Shown here: positions 29,554 through 38,744 of the stretch, piece by piece
Numbering within the stretch: the stretch's first letter is position 1
How the letters are laid out: each line of letters opens with the position of its first letter
Assembly (NCBI GenBank): GCA_965206595.1
Contig: OZ242214.1
Coordinates: 5,056,001-5,120,000 of the forward strand
Length of the DNA stretch: 64,000 nucleotides
Source of the DNA: Candidatus Latescibacterota bacterium
Lineage (GTDB): Bacteria > Latescibacterota > UBA2968 > UBA8231
Reading direction: 5' to 3'
Translations under genes and position numbers: made by a program
The notes under the pieces: generated by a model
Seen by the model: the letters and a program-made list of their open reading frames with translations, nothing else
What the model was told of the DNA's origin: nothing
The model's database searches: none

Positions 29554-30229
29554 CTGCGCCGCCATGGGGGGATGCATGACGCTGCTACGGAAGCGCTGGC
29601 TTCAGGAGGAACGTCTGCGCCTCCCACTCTCCGAACTGCCCCTGACTCTCGCGCTCAACGGTTGGGAACTGGTTCGCAGCAAGTCATTCGCGGTCGGCGC
29701 CGTGGTGCCGGTCCTGATCTACGGGCTGAACGGACTCCACCACTACCACGTTTTCCCGGCGGAAATCCCGCTGTCCTTCCACTTCGCGGAAGTGCTGACA
29801 GAACAGCCGTGGGCAGCCCTTGCTCCTTTCACCTCGCGGTTCGAATTCACCGTTTCCCCATTCCTGGTCGGGATCGCCTACCTGCTGTCAGTCGAAGTCG
29901 CCTTCAGCACCTGGTTCTTCTTCCTCCTGACCCGGGGGCAACTCCTCTTCGCCGAACTTTTCGGGCGAAGGGGCGACCAGGGTGTCTTCATCGGGCTCGG
30001 GGGACAGTGGCGGGAATGGCCCAATTTCACGCCCCACCTGCATGCACAGGCCCGCGGCGGCCTGCTCTGTCTTGCAGTGCTGAGCCTTTGGGCTGCGCGC
30101 AAGGCACTTGCCGATGCCTGGCGGCTAGAGCTCCGCAACCGGGGCAAGGAGCGCCTGGGCTTTCTTTGCTTGACGGCTGGCAGTGCCGGCCTCCTTGCCT
30201 GGGGGCACGCGGCCGGCCTCTCGTTCTTC

Positions 30230-30835
30230 CTAGTGTCCTGTCGTGTAATTAACTGTACAAACAATTGAAGGTGCCGTAGGTTTCTCTTATCCCCCTTCTG
30301 AAAGGAGAGACCTATGGTGACGGGGCGTCCATTAACGCCGTTAGAGCTGAGTCCGTCGGACCGGGAACGATTGGAATCGATGGCCAAATCCCGGAGCCTT
30401 TCCCACGGGTTGGTGCGGCGAGCCGAGATTATTCTGCTGGCCGCAGAAGGCTGGCCCAATGAAGCCGTCGCCGCCGCCGTGGGTGTGACGCGTGCTACGG
30501 TCGGCAAGTGGCGCCGGCGCTTTCTCGAAAACGGGCTCCAGGGCTTGCATGATGAGCTGCGCTCAGGGGCGCCACGATCGAGTACGGATGAACAGGTAGC
30601 CGAGGTGGTATACAAGACCCTGAAGACCAAGCCCAAAGACGAAACACAGTGGTCGGTGCGCTCCATGGGCGAAGAAACCGGCTTGACCAAGGACGCGGTT
30701 CATCGCATTTGGCGCACGTATGGTTTGCAGCCCCATCGACACAAGCACTTCAAGCTTTCCACCGATCCTTTCTTTGTCGACAAAGTACGGGATATCGTCG
30801 GCTTGTACCTGAATCCACCCGAGCACGCCCTGGTG
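30230..30835 (+). mobile_element. IS630-family element, left end plus truncated transposase (30314-about 30835)
   Basis: Starts at CTAG; HTH...FKLSTDPFFVDKVRDIVGLYLNPPEHALV, breaks just before the expected CVDEK catalytic motif. Confidence 0.9.
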
Positions 30836-32078
30836 CCGAAGGCGGTGTCGGCGACCAGCTCGTCGGGTCGCTGCCCGCGCTCTTCGAGGGCCTCCAGCAC
30901 CGGCATCGTCGCGTGCTCGTCACTGGCGCAGGCAGCGGTCACCGCTACGTGGGTGATCCTGTTCACGGTGTCGGTCTTGCCGTCGTCGGCCTCGACGCAG
31001 GTCTCGGCGATCTGCACCTCATACCCTTTGCCCTTGCGGGCGTTGTAGGTGGCCTCGGCATCATGAGGGCTTTGCAGCGAGTCGCTGCCGACGTGCTCCG
31101 GCGCCTTCAGCGCCACCGGCACGCCGCCTTCGCCGGCGTCGTCGTCCTCGGTCGAGGGGCGCTGCTTGTCCGCGATCACCTCACACTGCTCCCACAGCAG
31201 GCGCTGCAGCAGCGCGTAGGATGCCAGGCCCTCGGCCGCGGTGCCCGCACACAGCTGATGGAGACGGTAGAGGTCGCGGGCGCACACCGGCAGCCGCCTC
31301 TTGCCCGTGCCGGAGGGCGCGTCCTGGTAGGCCGTGGCGCTGCCGTCCTCCTTCAGGTAGCGCTCGCGCAGGCGCTCAGGCGCTTCGGCACCCGCCCGTA
31401 CAGGCGCGGATGCTCCGCGGCCAGGGTCTTCAGAAAGTGACGGAGGGTCTCACACAACAGCCCCAGACGCGACAACACCGCGATGTTGCTGAGCACATGG
31501 GTGGAGTCCAGACGTTGCCGGGTGACCTTCGTACCCAGCGCTTGGAGAATGCCATCCGTAGTCGCCTCGAAGGCCTGCCGGCCGCGGTCATGGGCCAGCA
31601 AGCCAGCGCGGAAGTTGTGCAGCGTCAGGACGTTGTTAGTCCTCGTCTTCTGTGCCAGGTGGGCCTCGTCCGGGGTCAGCTCCAGGGCGTGCTGCCACAA
31701 CAGGCTGAACTCCAGCTGCTCCAGCGCCTCGACGTCGGTCAGAGCGAACATCTCCTTGAGCAGAAGCACGCCCAAGACCGTCGCCACCGGCTGGTTGGGA
31801 CGACCGTTGTCGTCGCAATACAAGGACGCAAACTGCGCTTCATCGATCAGCGGCAAGGCACGCGTGCGAAAGGTCTCCGCCCAGCTCGCCTGCAGGCGCC
31901 GCCGCTTGGCCGCAGGCACCAGGTTGCGGCTCTCGAACAGGGTGCGTTGCGAATCCTTCTTACGAAACATCAGCCCCATCCAGTAAAGAGGAAGTGTGTG
32001 ACGGATTGGTATACACAAATATACCAAGAATCCCTGATTATCGGGGCTGTGAGAGGGGGGTTTTTATGAAGGAGTCAA
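30835..32078 (-). mobile_element. IS1182/IS5-like (DUF772+DDE) element, transposase pseudogene 31970->30835
   Basis: NGRPNQPV, QRLDSTHVLSN, LQSPHDAEATY..RKGKGYEVQIAET, LVADTAFG; frameshift at about 31370; 3' end missing. Confidence 0.8.
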
Positions 32079-32580
32079 ACCTTCTCTTCTTTGCCCGGGG
32101 AACCGGGCCGGGTGTTTTCAGCCCCTCCGAATACGTCGCCCTTGCGTTTCTCAACCTCCTGAGCTATTCCGGAATCGCCGCGGTGACGATGCTGCACGTC
32201 GAAGGCTGGAAGATGGCCGGAGCGCTGCGCACTGGCGCCGCTCACATCGGGGCCGCCGTGGCGGTGGGCTTACTCGCGGGCCTGGCCTGTGGTTTCTGGT
32301 CGATGCTTGAACTGGTGTACGATCCGGGGATCTTTACCCTTGATCGCCACGGCGGTGCCCGTTCGGCAGCCCGCCTGGGCCGCTACTACCACTATTTGTA
32401 CTCCGAGGCGGGAACCCGACCGGCTGGTCCCGACCTAATCAGAATGGGCGCCGTGGCAGCGGGATTCGCCGTCACTGCAGCTCTCTCCTTTCTGCGCACC
32501 CTGTTCACCCAACTGCCGTTTCACCCCGCCGGATTCGTCTACGGAACCGGTATCGGCAACCTGATCTGGGGGTCGGCGCT

Positions 32581-34008
32581 GGCATTGTCCCGATCTTAGT
32601 TGAAACAGCACAGGCTCCTCTCGCTACCTTGGTACGGGAAGTTTTTTCCGGAAAACCTCGTATCAGGTAACAGAAAGGAGCCTGCCATGAGCAAGCTATC
32701 AGGACCCCGGAAGCAGGTCAAACGCAGCCTGGAAATCGGCCCCGTGAATGCGGAGGCCGCCGCCCTTACCGGCGATCTGGATACGCGCATCGAGGGGATC
32801 CAATGCCTGATTCCTTTGGGTCTGCAAGCCGTCGCCGAGGAACTGCAACGGGCGGTCGAGGAGTTGGCCGGGCCGCGCTATCAGCGCAAGGGGGCCGAGC
32901 AGCCGGTGCGCCGCTGGGGATCTCAGTCCGGATCGGTGTATCTGGGCGATCAGAAACTGAGGGTCGAAGTGCCGCGGGTGCGCAATGTGGCCAGCCGGAC
33001 CGAGGTGCCGCTGGCGGCCTACCCGGCCCTGCAGAGGCCCCGGAACCAGGACGAGGGTCTGTTGCTGCGCGTGTTGAAAGGGATCGCCACGCGCGACTAC
33101 GAGGCCTGCGCCGAGGCCGTCCCGGCCGCCTTCGGCCGGTCCGGTTCCTCGGTGTCGCGCCGCTACGTGAAAGGCACGGCGCGAAAGCTGGCCGAATTCC
33201 AGGAGCGATCCCTGGAAGGATACGATCTGGTGGCGCTGTTTCTCGACGGCAAGAGCTTCGCCGACGAAGAAATCCTCATCGCCTTGGGCGTCACCCTGGA
33301 CGGACACAAGATTCCGCTGGGCTTCGTGCAGGCGGCCACCGAGAACGAGCGCGTCTGCCGGCGCTTCCTGTCCGATCTGGTCGAACGGGGCTTGCAGTAT
33401 GAAGCCGGACTGCTGGTCGTCCTCGACGGCGGCAAGGGACTGTACAAGGCGGTGCGGTCGGTGCTGAAAGGGCATGCCTGCGTGCAGCGCTGCCAGTATC
33501 ACAAGCGCCAGAACGTCGTCTCGTATCTGCCCAAGAGCGAGCAGGCCCGGATCCGTCACAAAATGGAAGCGGCCTACGGGCAAGCGACGTACGAGGAGGC
33601 CAAGGCTGCCCTGGAGGCGCTCAAACCGGGCTTGGAGCTGACGAACCAGTCCGCCCTGCACAGCCTCGAGGAAGGCCTGGAAGAGACCCTCACCCTGCAC
33701 CGCTTGGGAGTGATGCCGATGTTGAAGAATTCCTTCCGTACCACCAACTGCATCGAGAACGTCAACGGTCTCCTGGGGCAGTTGACGCACAACGTCCGGC
33801 GCTGGAGCAACTCATCGCAGCGTCACCGCTGGGTAGCCACGGCGCTGTTGGACATCGAACCGCGTCTGCGCCGGGTCAAGGGCTACCGTCACTCACCGAC
33901 GATGCGGCACGCCCTGCAGGCCGAGCTCGGTATCAAACAGCTCGCTATGACGGGCTGATCTATTCAACCGAGCCTGTGCTTTGTTTCAACTGAAAATGGG
34001 ACTTGCCC
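32581..34008 (+). mobile_element. IS256-family element, complete
   Basis: Imperfect terminal IRs (GGCATTGTCCCGATCTTAGTTGAAACA / GGGCAAGTCCCATTTTCAGTTGAAACA); 8-bp TSD TCGGCGCT at 32573-32580 and 34009-34016. Confidence 0.95.
32687..33958 (+). CDS. IS256-family (mutator) transposase
   Basis: LFLDG, VVLDG, QRCQYHK, TTNCIE DDE motifs; AAGGAG RBS. Confidence 0.92.
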   Translation: MSKLSGPRKQVKRSLEIGPVNAEAAALTGDLDTRIEGIQCLIPLGLQAVAEELQRAVEELAGPRYQRKGAEQPVRRWGSQSGSVYLGDQKLRVEVPRVRNVASRTEVPLAAYPALQRPRNQDEGLLLRVLKGIATRDYEACAEAVPAAFGRSGSSVSRRYVKGTARKLAEFQERSLEGYDLVALFLDGKSFADEEILIALGVTLDGHKIPLGFVQAATENERVCRRFLSDLVERGLQYEAGLLVVLDGGKGLYKAVRSVLKGHACVQRCQYHKRQNVVSYLPKSEQARIRHKMEAAYGQATYEEAKAALEALKPGLELTNQSALHSLEEGLEETLTLHRLGVMPMLKNSFRTTNCIENVNGLLGQLTHNVRRWSNSSQRHRWVATALLDIEPRLRRVKGYRHSPTMRHALQAELGIKQLAMTG

Positions 34009-34251
34009 TCGGCGCTTATCGGATGGGCGGTCAAGGTTCTCGTAGTCCGTTACGGAGGAGCTGTGCAGTATCGCCGCCTGCGCCCCTTCTTCATGGGGCT
34101 GATCCTGGGAGACCTTTGGATGCGCCTGATGTGGGCGGCGGTTTCCCTGCTCGGTGAGCCCGGAGGCGGCTACCGCATTTGACAACCGAAGTCGTTCAAG
34201 GGTAACATTACATTTTTACTGCTCCAAAGGGCGGCGTATATTCCTCCTCTA

Positions 34252-35472
34252 ATGAATTTGAATTCGCCGGTACGCAAAGCTCGCGCAGAAATATTGCGGA
34301 GGCTTCCACGGTTTACCCCGTCCGTGTCAGGGGGGATCGTCCTCGCCCTGTTCGCCTTGGGGCTGTCCCTGCCCGATGCATGGGCCGAGACCAGCGAACC
34401 CGTAGCCTCAGACAGCCTTCGCAAATACCGGTTTCTCGCAAAAACCGCGCGCGAAAAGAATCAGACTGAAGACGCCCTGCGATACTACGGGCAGGTAGTC
34501 CACTACAAGCCCGACGATCTCAAAGCCCATTTTTTCAGCGGCAGCCTGCTCGCAAACAAGGGAGACACGGCGGCAGCTAAACGGCACTTGCTCATCTGTG
34601 TCGCCCTCGACTCCCTGCACGTCAACACCAACGTGCTGTTGACGCAACTCTACCTGCGCCAGGAAGATCCCGATTCGGCCTGGGTGTTCTTGGAGCCCGT
34701 TCTCGACATCAAGCCCGCAGTCTCGAAGTACCGCAGGTTCAGGCGCCAAATCGCGGATCTCCATCGCATCCAGGGAAACCACAAAGCCGCTATTTCTCAC
34801 TACGAAGCGCTGGCCGCCAACAGCGAAGTCGACGCGCGTCAGATTTTCGAGCTGCTCTCCCAGTTGCACGAAGCCAGTGGCGACACAGAGCAGGCCCTTG
34901 CCTGGAGTTCGCGCGCCTTGTCCTCCCCGGCCTCCGAAACGAGTCCGTCCACTATTGAAATACTCAGCCGCGTGCTGGAGCTGCAGGCCAGCAGCGGTGA
35001 TCGTTCAGGTGCCTACGAAACGCTCAGACAGTTGGTGCGCCTCGACTCGCTGAGCAGGTATTCCTACTTCGACCGCATGGCTGCGATCGCTACCGATGCC
35101 GGCGATCTTTCGCAGCAGATGGAAGGGCTCGAGGGCATGGTCGAAGCCCAACCACATGACCTGGGCCCATTGGCTACATTGGTCGAACTCCACCTGAAGG
35201 GCAGCGATTTCAACGCTGCTTCGACTTGGCTGCGTACGGGCCTCGAGGTCGACAAAAAGGACGGCCACTTGCTGCTGCTTCAGGGTGAGCTGTTGATACT
35301 GCAAGGAGACGAAGACGCGGCAATTGACGCTTTCGAACGGTCGCGACAGGATCCCGAGTGGGAAAAAGTCGCGCAACAGCGCATCTTGCAGCTACGACCC
35401 CCGGAAACTGAAGAAGAGAAGCTGAAACGGTCATTCTTCGGAGCAAGTGACGAAGACCAAACCGGTGGCTGA
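34252..35472 (+). CDS. Exported TPR-repeat protein
   Basis: Signal-like hydrophobic stretch followed by helical TPR-like repeats; first gene of the exb/tonB cluster. Confidence 0.7.
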   Translation: MNLNSPVRKARAEILRRLPRFTPSVSGGIVLALFALGLSLPDAWAETSEPVASDSLRKYRFLAKTAREKNQTEDALRYYGQVVHYKPDDLKAHFFSGSLLANKGDTAAAKRHLLICVALDSLHVNTNVLLTQLYLRQEDPDSAWVFLEPVLDIKPAVSKYRRFRRQIADLHRIQGNHKAAISHYEALAANSEVDARQIFELLSQLHEASGDTEQALAWSSRALSSPASETSPSTIEILSRVLELQASSGDRSGAYETLRQLVRLDSLSRYSYFDRMAAIATDAGDLSQQMEGLEGMVEAQPHDLGPLATLVELHLKGSDFNAASTWLRTGLEVDKKDGHLLLLQGELLILQGDEDAAIDAFERSRQDPEWEKVAQQRILQLRPPETEEEKLKRSFFGASDEDQTGG

Positions 35473-35518
35473 ACAGTCGCCAAACGGGCCAACGCAGGCC
35501 TCGAGCTGAGGAGAAATT

Positions 35519-36145
35519 ATGCTGTGGGAACTGTTTCAGGATGGCGGATGGGCGATGTATCCTCTGGTAGTGCTGCTGGTGCTCGGAATCGCCATTGCCA
35601 TCGAAAGACTGGTCAACCTGAGCCGAGCAGGGATCGACGCAAACGCCTTTTTCCAGAACCTTGAGGAGGCCCTGAGGTCTGGCGGGCCCGACGAGGCCGC
35701 ACGGATCTGTTCGGAAACGCGAGGTCCCGTAGCCTCGGTCATCCACGCCGGTTTGTTGCGAATGCACCGCGGCATCGATCACGTGGAAAAAGCGATCGAC
35801 AATGCCGGAGCAGTGGAGATGGCTTTCCTCGAACGAGGTATGGTCTGGCTGTCCACGGTCGCCAACCTCGCTCCCATGATCGGCTTCCTCGGGACAGTGA
35901 GCGGGATGATCGGCGCTTTCCAAGCGATCGAAAGGGCCGGCGATGTTGAACCGTCCATGGTTGCTGGGGGAATTTCCGAGGCGCTAATCACTACGGCATC
36001 CGGTCTCATCGTAGGTATCATCATTCAATTTCTTCACAACTTTTTCGCTTCCAGGATCGACCGCATCATCGCCGACATGCAAGAGCACACTGCCGGTTTC
36101 GTCGACCTGCTGGCGGAGACGGGTCAGGCTGACGCCGCGCAATAA
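35519..36145 (+). CDS. exbB: MotA/TolQ/ExbB proton channel protein
   Basis: APMIGFLGTVSGMI, GGISEALITTA.GL. Confidence 0.9.
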   Translation: MLWELFQDGGWAMYPLVVLLVLGIAIAIERLVNLSRAGIDANAFFQNLEEALRSGGPDEAARICSETRGPVASVIHAGLLRMHRGIDHVEKAIDNAGAVEMAFLERGMVWLSTVANLAPMIGFLGTVSGMIGAFQAIERAGDVEPSMVAGGISEALITTASGLIVGIIIQFLHNFFASRIDRIIADMQEHTAGFVDLLAETGQADAAQ

Positions 36146-36185
36146 AAGCGCGGCAGAGCCAACCCACTGACAGCGCCGGAATCGG

Positions 36186-36599
36186 ATGAACTGGAAACGA
36201 GGGCACAGAGTCCCACCGGAGATACCTACCGCCTCGATGGCGGATATCGCCTTTCTTCTGATTGTTTTCTTCCTTGTGACGACGACGATGAATCAGGACA
36301 AGGGCCTGTCTTTGCACCTGCCGCCGTTTGGTGAAAGCAAAGAGATCAAGCAGAAAAACATCTCCAACGTCTGGATCAACGAGCGGGACGAAATCGCCTT
36401 CTTCGAAAACGAAAATCTGACCTTGGTTTCTTTCGGTGATCTCCGAGGCCAGATACAAAGCCGACTCGCGGCCAACGACAAACTTATCATTTCGCTGAAG
36501 GCGGAACGCGGAGCCACGTATCGGATGTTTGTCGACGTACTCGACGAACTCAAACTCGCGGGTGCGACCCGCATCTCGATCGCGGAGCCTGAACAGTGA
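36186..36599 (+). CDS. exbD: ExbD/TolR family protein
   Basis: SMADIAFLLIVFFLVTT; VDVLDELK. Confidence 0.9.
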   Translation: MNWKRGHRVPPEIPTASMADIAFLLIVFFLVTTTMNQDKGLSLHLPPFGESKEIKQKNISNVWINERDEIAFFENENLTLVSFGDLRGQIQSRLAANDKLIISLKAERGATYRMFVDVLDELKLAGATRISIAEPEQ

Positions 36600-37015
36600 A
36601 GTTTAACCGCAAAGCAAAGGTCGCCAGTGTGATCCCGACAGCTTCCATGGCGGACATCTCTTTTCTGCTGCTGGTTTTTTTCATGGTGTCGACCGTGTTT
36701 GTCCGCTTCCGCGGCATTCCGGTAGAATTGCCCGACGCCAAAAGCGTCGAAAAGCTCGAGATGAGAAGGCATGTGACCAGCGTCTGGGTCAGCAGGGCCG
36801 GGTCCGTCAATATTGACGATCAGACGGTCCTGCTCGAACAGGTTGGGCAGCTCATCTACTCCAAATTGAGGATGAATCCCCGGCTGATCATCTCCATCAA
36901 GGGAGACGGCGAGGCCGAGTTCGGCGTCATCTCGGATGTTCTGCAGGAATTGCGCAAAGTTGAGGCATTGCGCGTCAATTTCGCCACCGACCGGGAGAAG
37001 CAGCCACAACCATGA
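36596..37015 (+). CDS. exbD: ExbD/TolR family protein (second copy)
   Basis: SMADISFLLLVFFMVST; IKGD. Confidence 0.9.
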   Translation: MKFNRKAKVASVIPTASMADISFLLLVFFMVSTVFVRFRGIPVELPDAKSVEKLEMRRHVTSVWVSRAGSVNIDDQTVLLEQVGQLIYSKLRMNPRLIISIKGDGEAEFGVISDVLQELRKVEALRVNFATDREKQPQP

Positions 37016-37698
37016 CCAGCGCCGGTATCCCGCAGCGGCCTTGGAAAATGCCGCGACGAAAAGCGCCTGAAGCGGATCTCCGGCAGACCTACCGCAAGGC
37101 CTTCTGGCTCTCCGTTGCCGCCTCCACCGCAGCCAATGCCCTGCTATTTTTCATTTTTCCATCGTTCGAAGTCGAAGCCTTCGAAAAGTCGCAAGCCCCG
37201 GTCATTATCGAGCTGGAGCAGATACCTGAAACCCGCCAGGAACGACGACCGCCGCCGCCACCACGACCCGTCGTCCCGATTCCCACCGACAGCGAAGACA
37301 TTCCTGACGACGTTACCATCGAAACGACCGAACTCGACCTGTTCGACGATCTGGCACCTCCGCCCGAATTCGAGGAGCTTCCCAGCATGGAGGTCGAAGA
37401 AGAGGAAGAGGAGATTGTCGACCTCTGGAAGGTCGAGAAGAAACCGGTGCGCAAGAAGCAGGTTGACCCCGTATATCCGGTGATCGCCCAAAAGGCCGGT
37501 ATCGAGGGCTCGGTAACAGTCACCGTCTTGGTCGGCAAGGACGGCAAGGTCGAGGCGATCGGCCAGGTAGTCGGCAACGAAATCTTTCACGAAGCCGCCA
37601 AGACGGCCGCCCTGAAGACGGAGTTTACACCCGCGCTCCAGAACGACAAGGCCGTCAAAGTCTGGGTCAGTCTCCCATTCAAATTTCGCCTTAATTGA
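37012..37698 (+). CDS. tonB: TonB family energy transducer
   Basis: TM anchor, Pro-rich linker, YP..A.KAGIEG.V, FTPALQ...VWVSLPFKF. Confidence 0.9.
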   Translation: MTSAGIPQRPWKMPRRKAPEADLRQTYRKAFWLSVAASTAANALLFFIFPSFEVEAFEKSQAPVIIELEQIPETRQERRPPPPPRPVVPIPTDSEDIPDDVTIETTELDLFDDLAPPPEFEELPSMEVEEEEEEIVDLWKVEKKPVRKKQVDPVYPVIAQKAGIEGSVTVTVLVGKDGKVEAIGQVVGNEIFHEAAKTAALKTEFTPALQNDKAVKVWVSLPFKFRLN

Positions 37699-37884
37699 GC
37701 CTTTGACAGCGTGATCCACGCGGTCATGGTGGCCATTTAGTATTTTATATCTCGGAGGTGCCCATGATGCATCGATTTTGGAAGCCACCGGGACCCCTCC
37801 AAGCATCTCCCCGCCGGTAGGGACACACACATCCCCGAATGACACCACCTCGCGCACTGCAACGAGGTGGTCGGGAGGTCGCAC

Positions 37885-38340
37885 ATGCGTTGCCCATTTT
37901 GCGATCATCAGGACGACCGCGTTGTCGACTCGAGGTCGTGCCGTCATGGCCAAGCCATCCGCAGACGCCGGGAATGCGTCAACTGCAATCAGCGATTCAC
38001 CACCTACGAATACATCGAACACGCGCCGCTGACCATCATCAAGCGTGACGGCAGTCGGGAGCCTTTCGACCGCGGCAAACTCCTCGAAAAGATTCGGCTC
38101 GCCTGCTACAAGACACCCGTCTCCAGCGATCAAATCGAAGAACTCGTCGACCAGATCGAAAGCGAATTGGGCAACCTCACCGAAAAGGAAATCCCGAGCA
38201 TTCAGGTTGGTGAGCTAGTCATGGATGCGTTGCGCAGTTTGAACGAAGTCGCCTATGTCCGATTTGCGTCGGTATATCGACAATTCAGGGACAAGAGCGA
38301 TTTCGTCCGCGAGTTGGAGCAGCTCTCGCCGGCCCCTTAA
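37885..38340 (+). CDS. nrdR: Transcriptional repressor NrdR
   Basis: MRCPFC...IRRRREC..C..RFTTYE, ATP cone, VAYVRFASVYRQF; GGGAGG RBS. Confidence 0.97.
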   Translation: MRCPFCDHQDDRVVDSRSCRHGQAIRRRRECVNCNQRFTTYEYIEHAPLTIIKRDGSREPFDRGKLLEKIRLACYKTPVSSDQIEELVDQIESELGNLTEKEIPSIQVGELVMDALRSLNEVAYVRFASVYRQFRDKSDFVRELEQLSPAP

Positions 38341-38508
38341 GACCTTGGCGGCCCTCCTCCCCATTTCTCGAGGCGCCGCACTATACCCCTGCTCGGCCTG
38401 CAAGGGCAAGTTTTCCGCCTCCGTCAGGCATCCTCCACCGTAAAAATCGACGTTGTTGTAGCTCCCTCAGCCCCGCCCGGAGATCAATCCCGGTCTTTTT
38501 GAAATTCC

Positions 38509-38595
38509 TTGACACGCTCGAATCAAGGGCTGTATATTCGAGACGTTTCCACAAGATCTTGTGTTCCGCTCGGTAGACAGCAGGAGATAATGTGG
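38509..38595 (+). promoter_or_regulatory. nrdJ promoter with tandem NrdR boxes
   Basis: TTGACA-N18-TATATT (38509-38538); palindrome CACAAGATCTTGTG (38550-38563) and a weaker copy starting 31 bp downstream (GCAGGAGATAATGTGG, 38580-38595). Confidence 0.8.
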
Positions 38596-38744
38596 TTCCG
38601 GCGGAACTGATGTCTTCTAGAATTCTCCCCGCATAACCTCCTGTATATACTGAATCTTGGGACCTTTTGGGGCTGGCTGCTTTGGAGCTTGGCCCCAAAG
38701 GCGGAGCCCGTATTTTGCGCGCGATGCGCACAAGTGAGGGAAAA

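Larger units (their letters stand above)
29047..34182 (+). pseudogene. DUF6785/DUF6784-type polytopic membrane protein in three pieces (29047-30229, about 32079-32580, 34009-34182)
   Basis: VPWTAWALPL..W, RKRWLQEERL.LPL, PFHPAGF, WGSAL|IGWAVK.LVVRYGG...YRRLRPFFMGLILGD; interrupted by a duplication and by IS elements. Confidence 0.75.
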
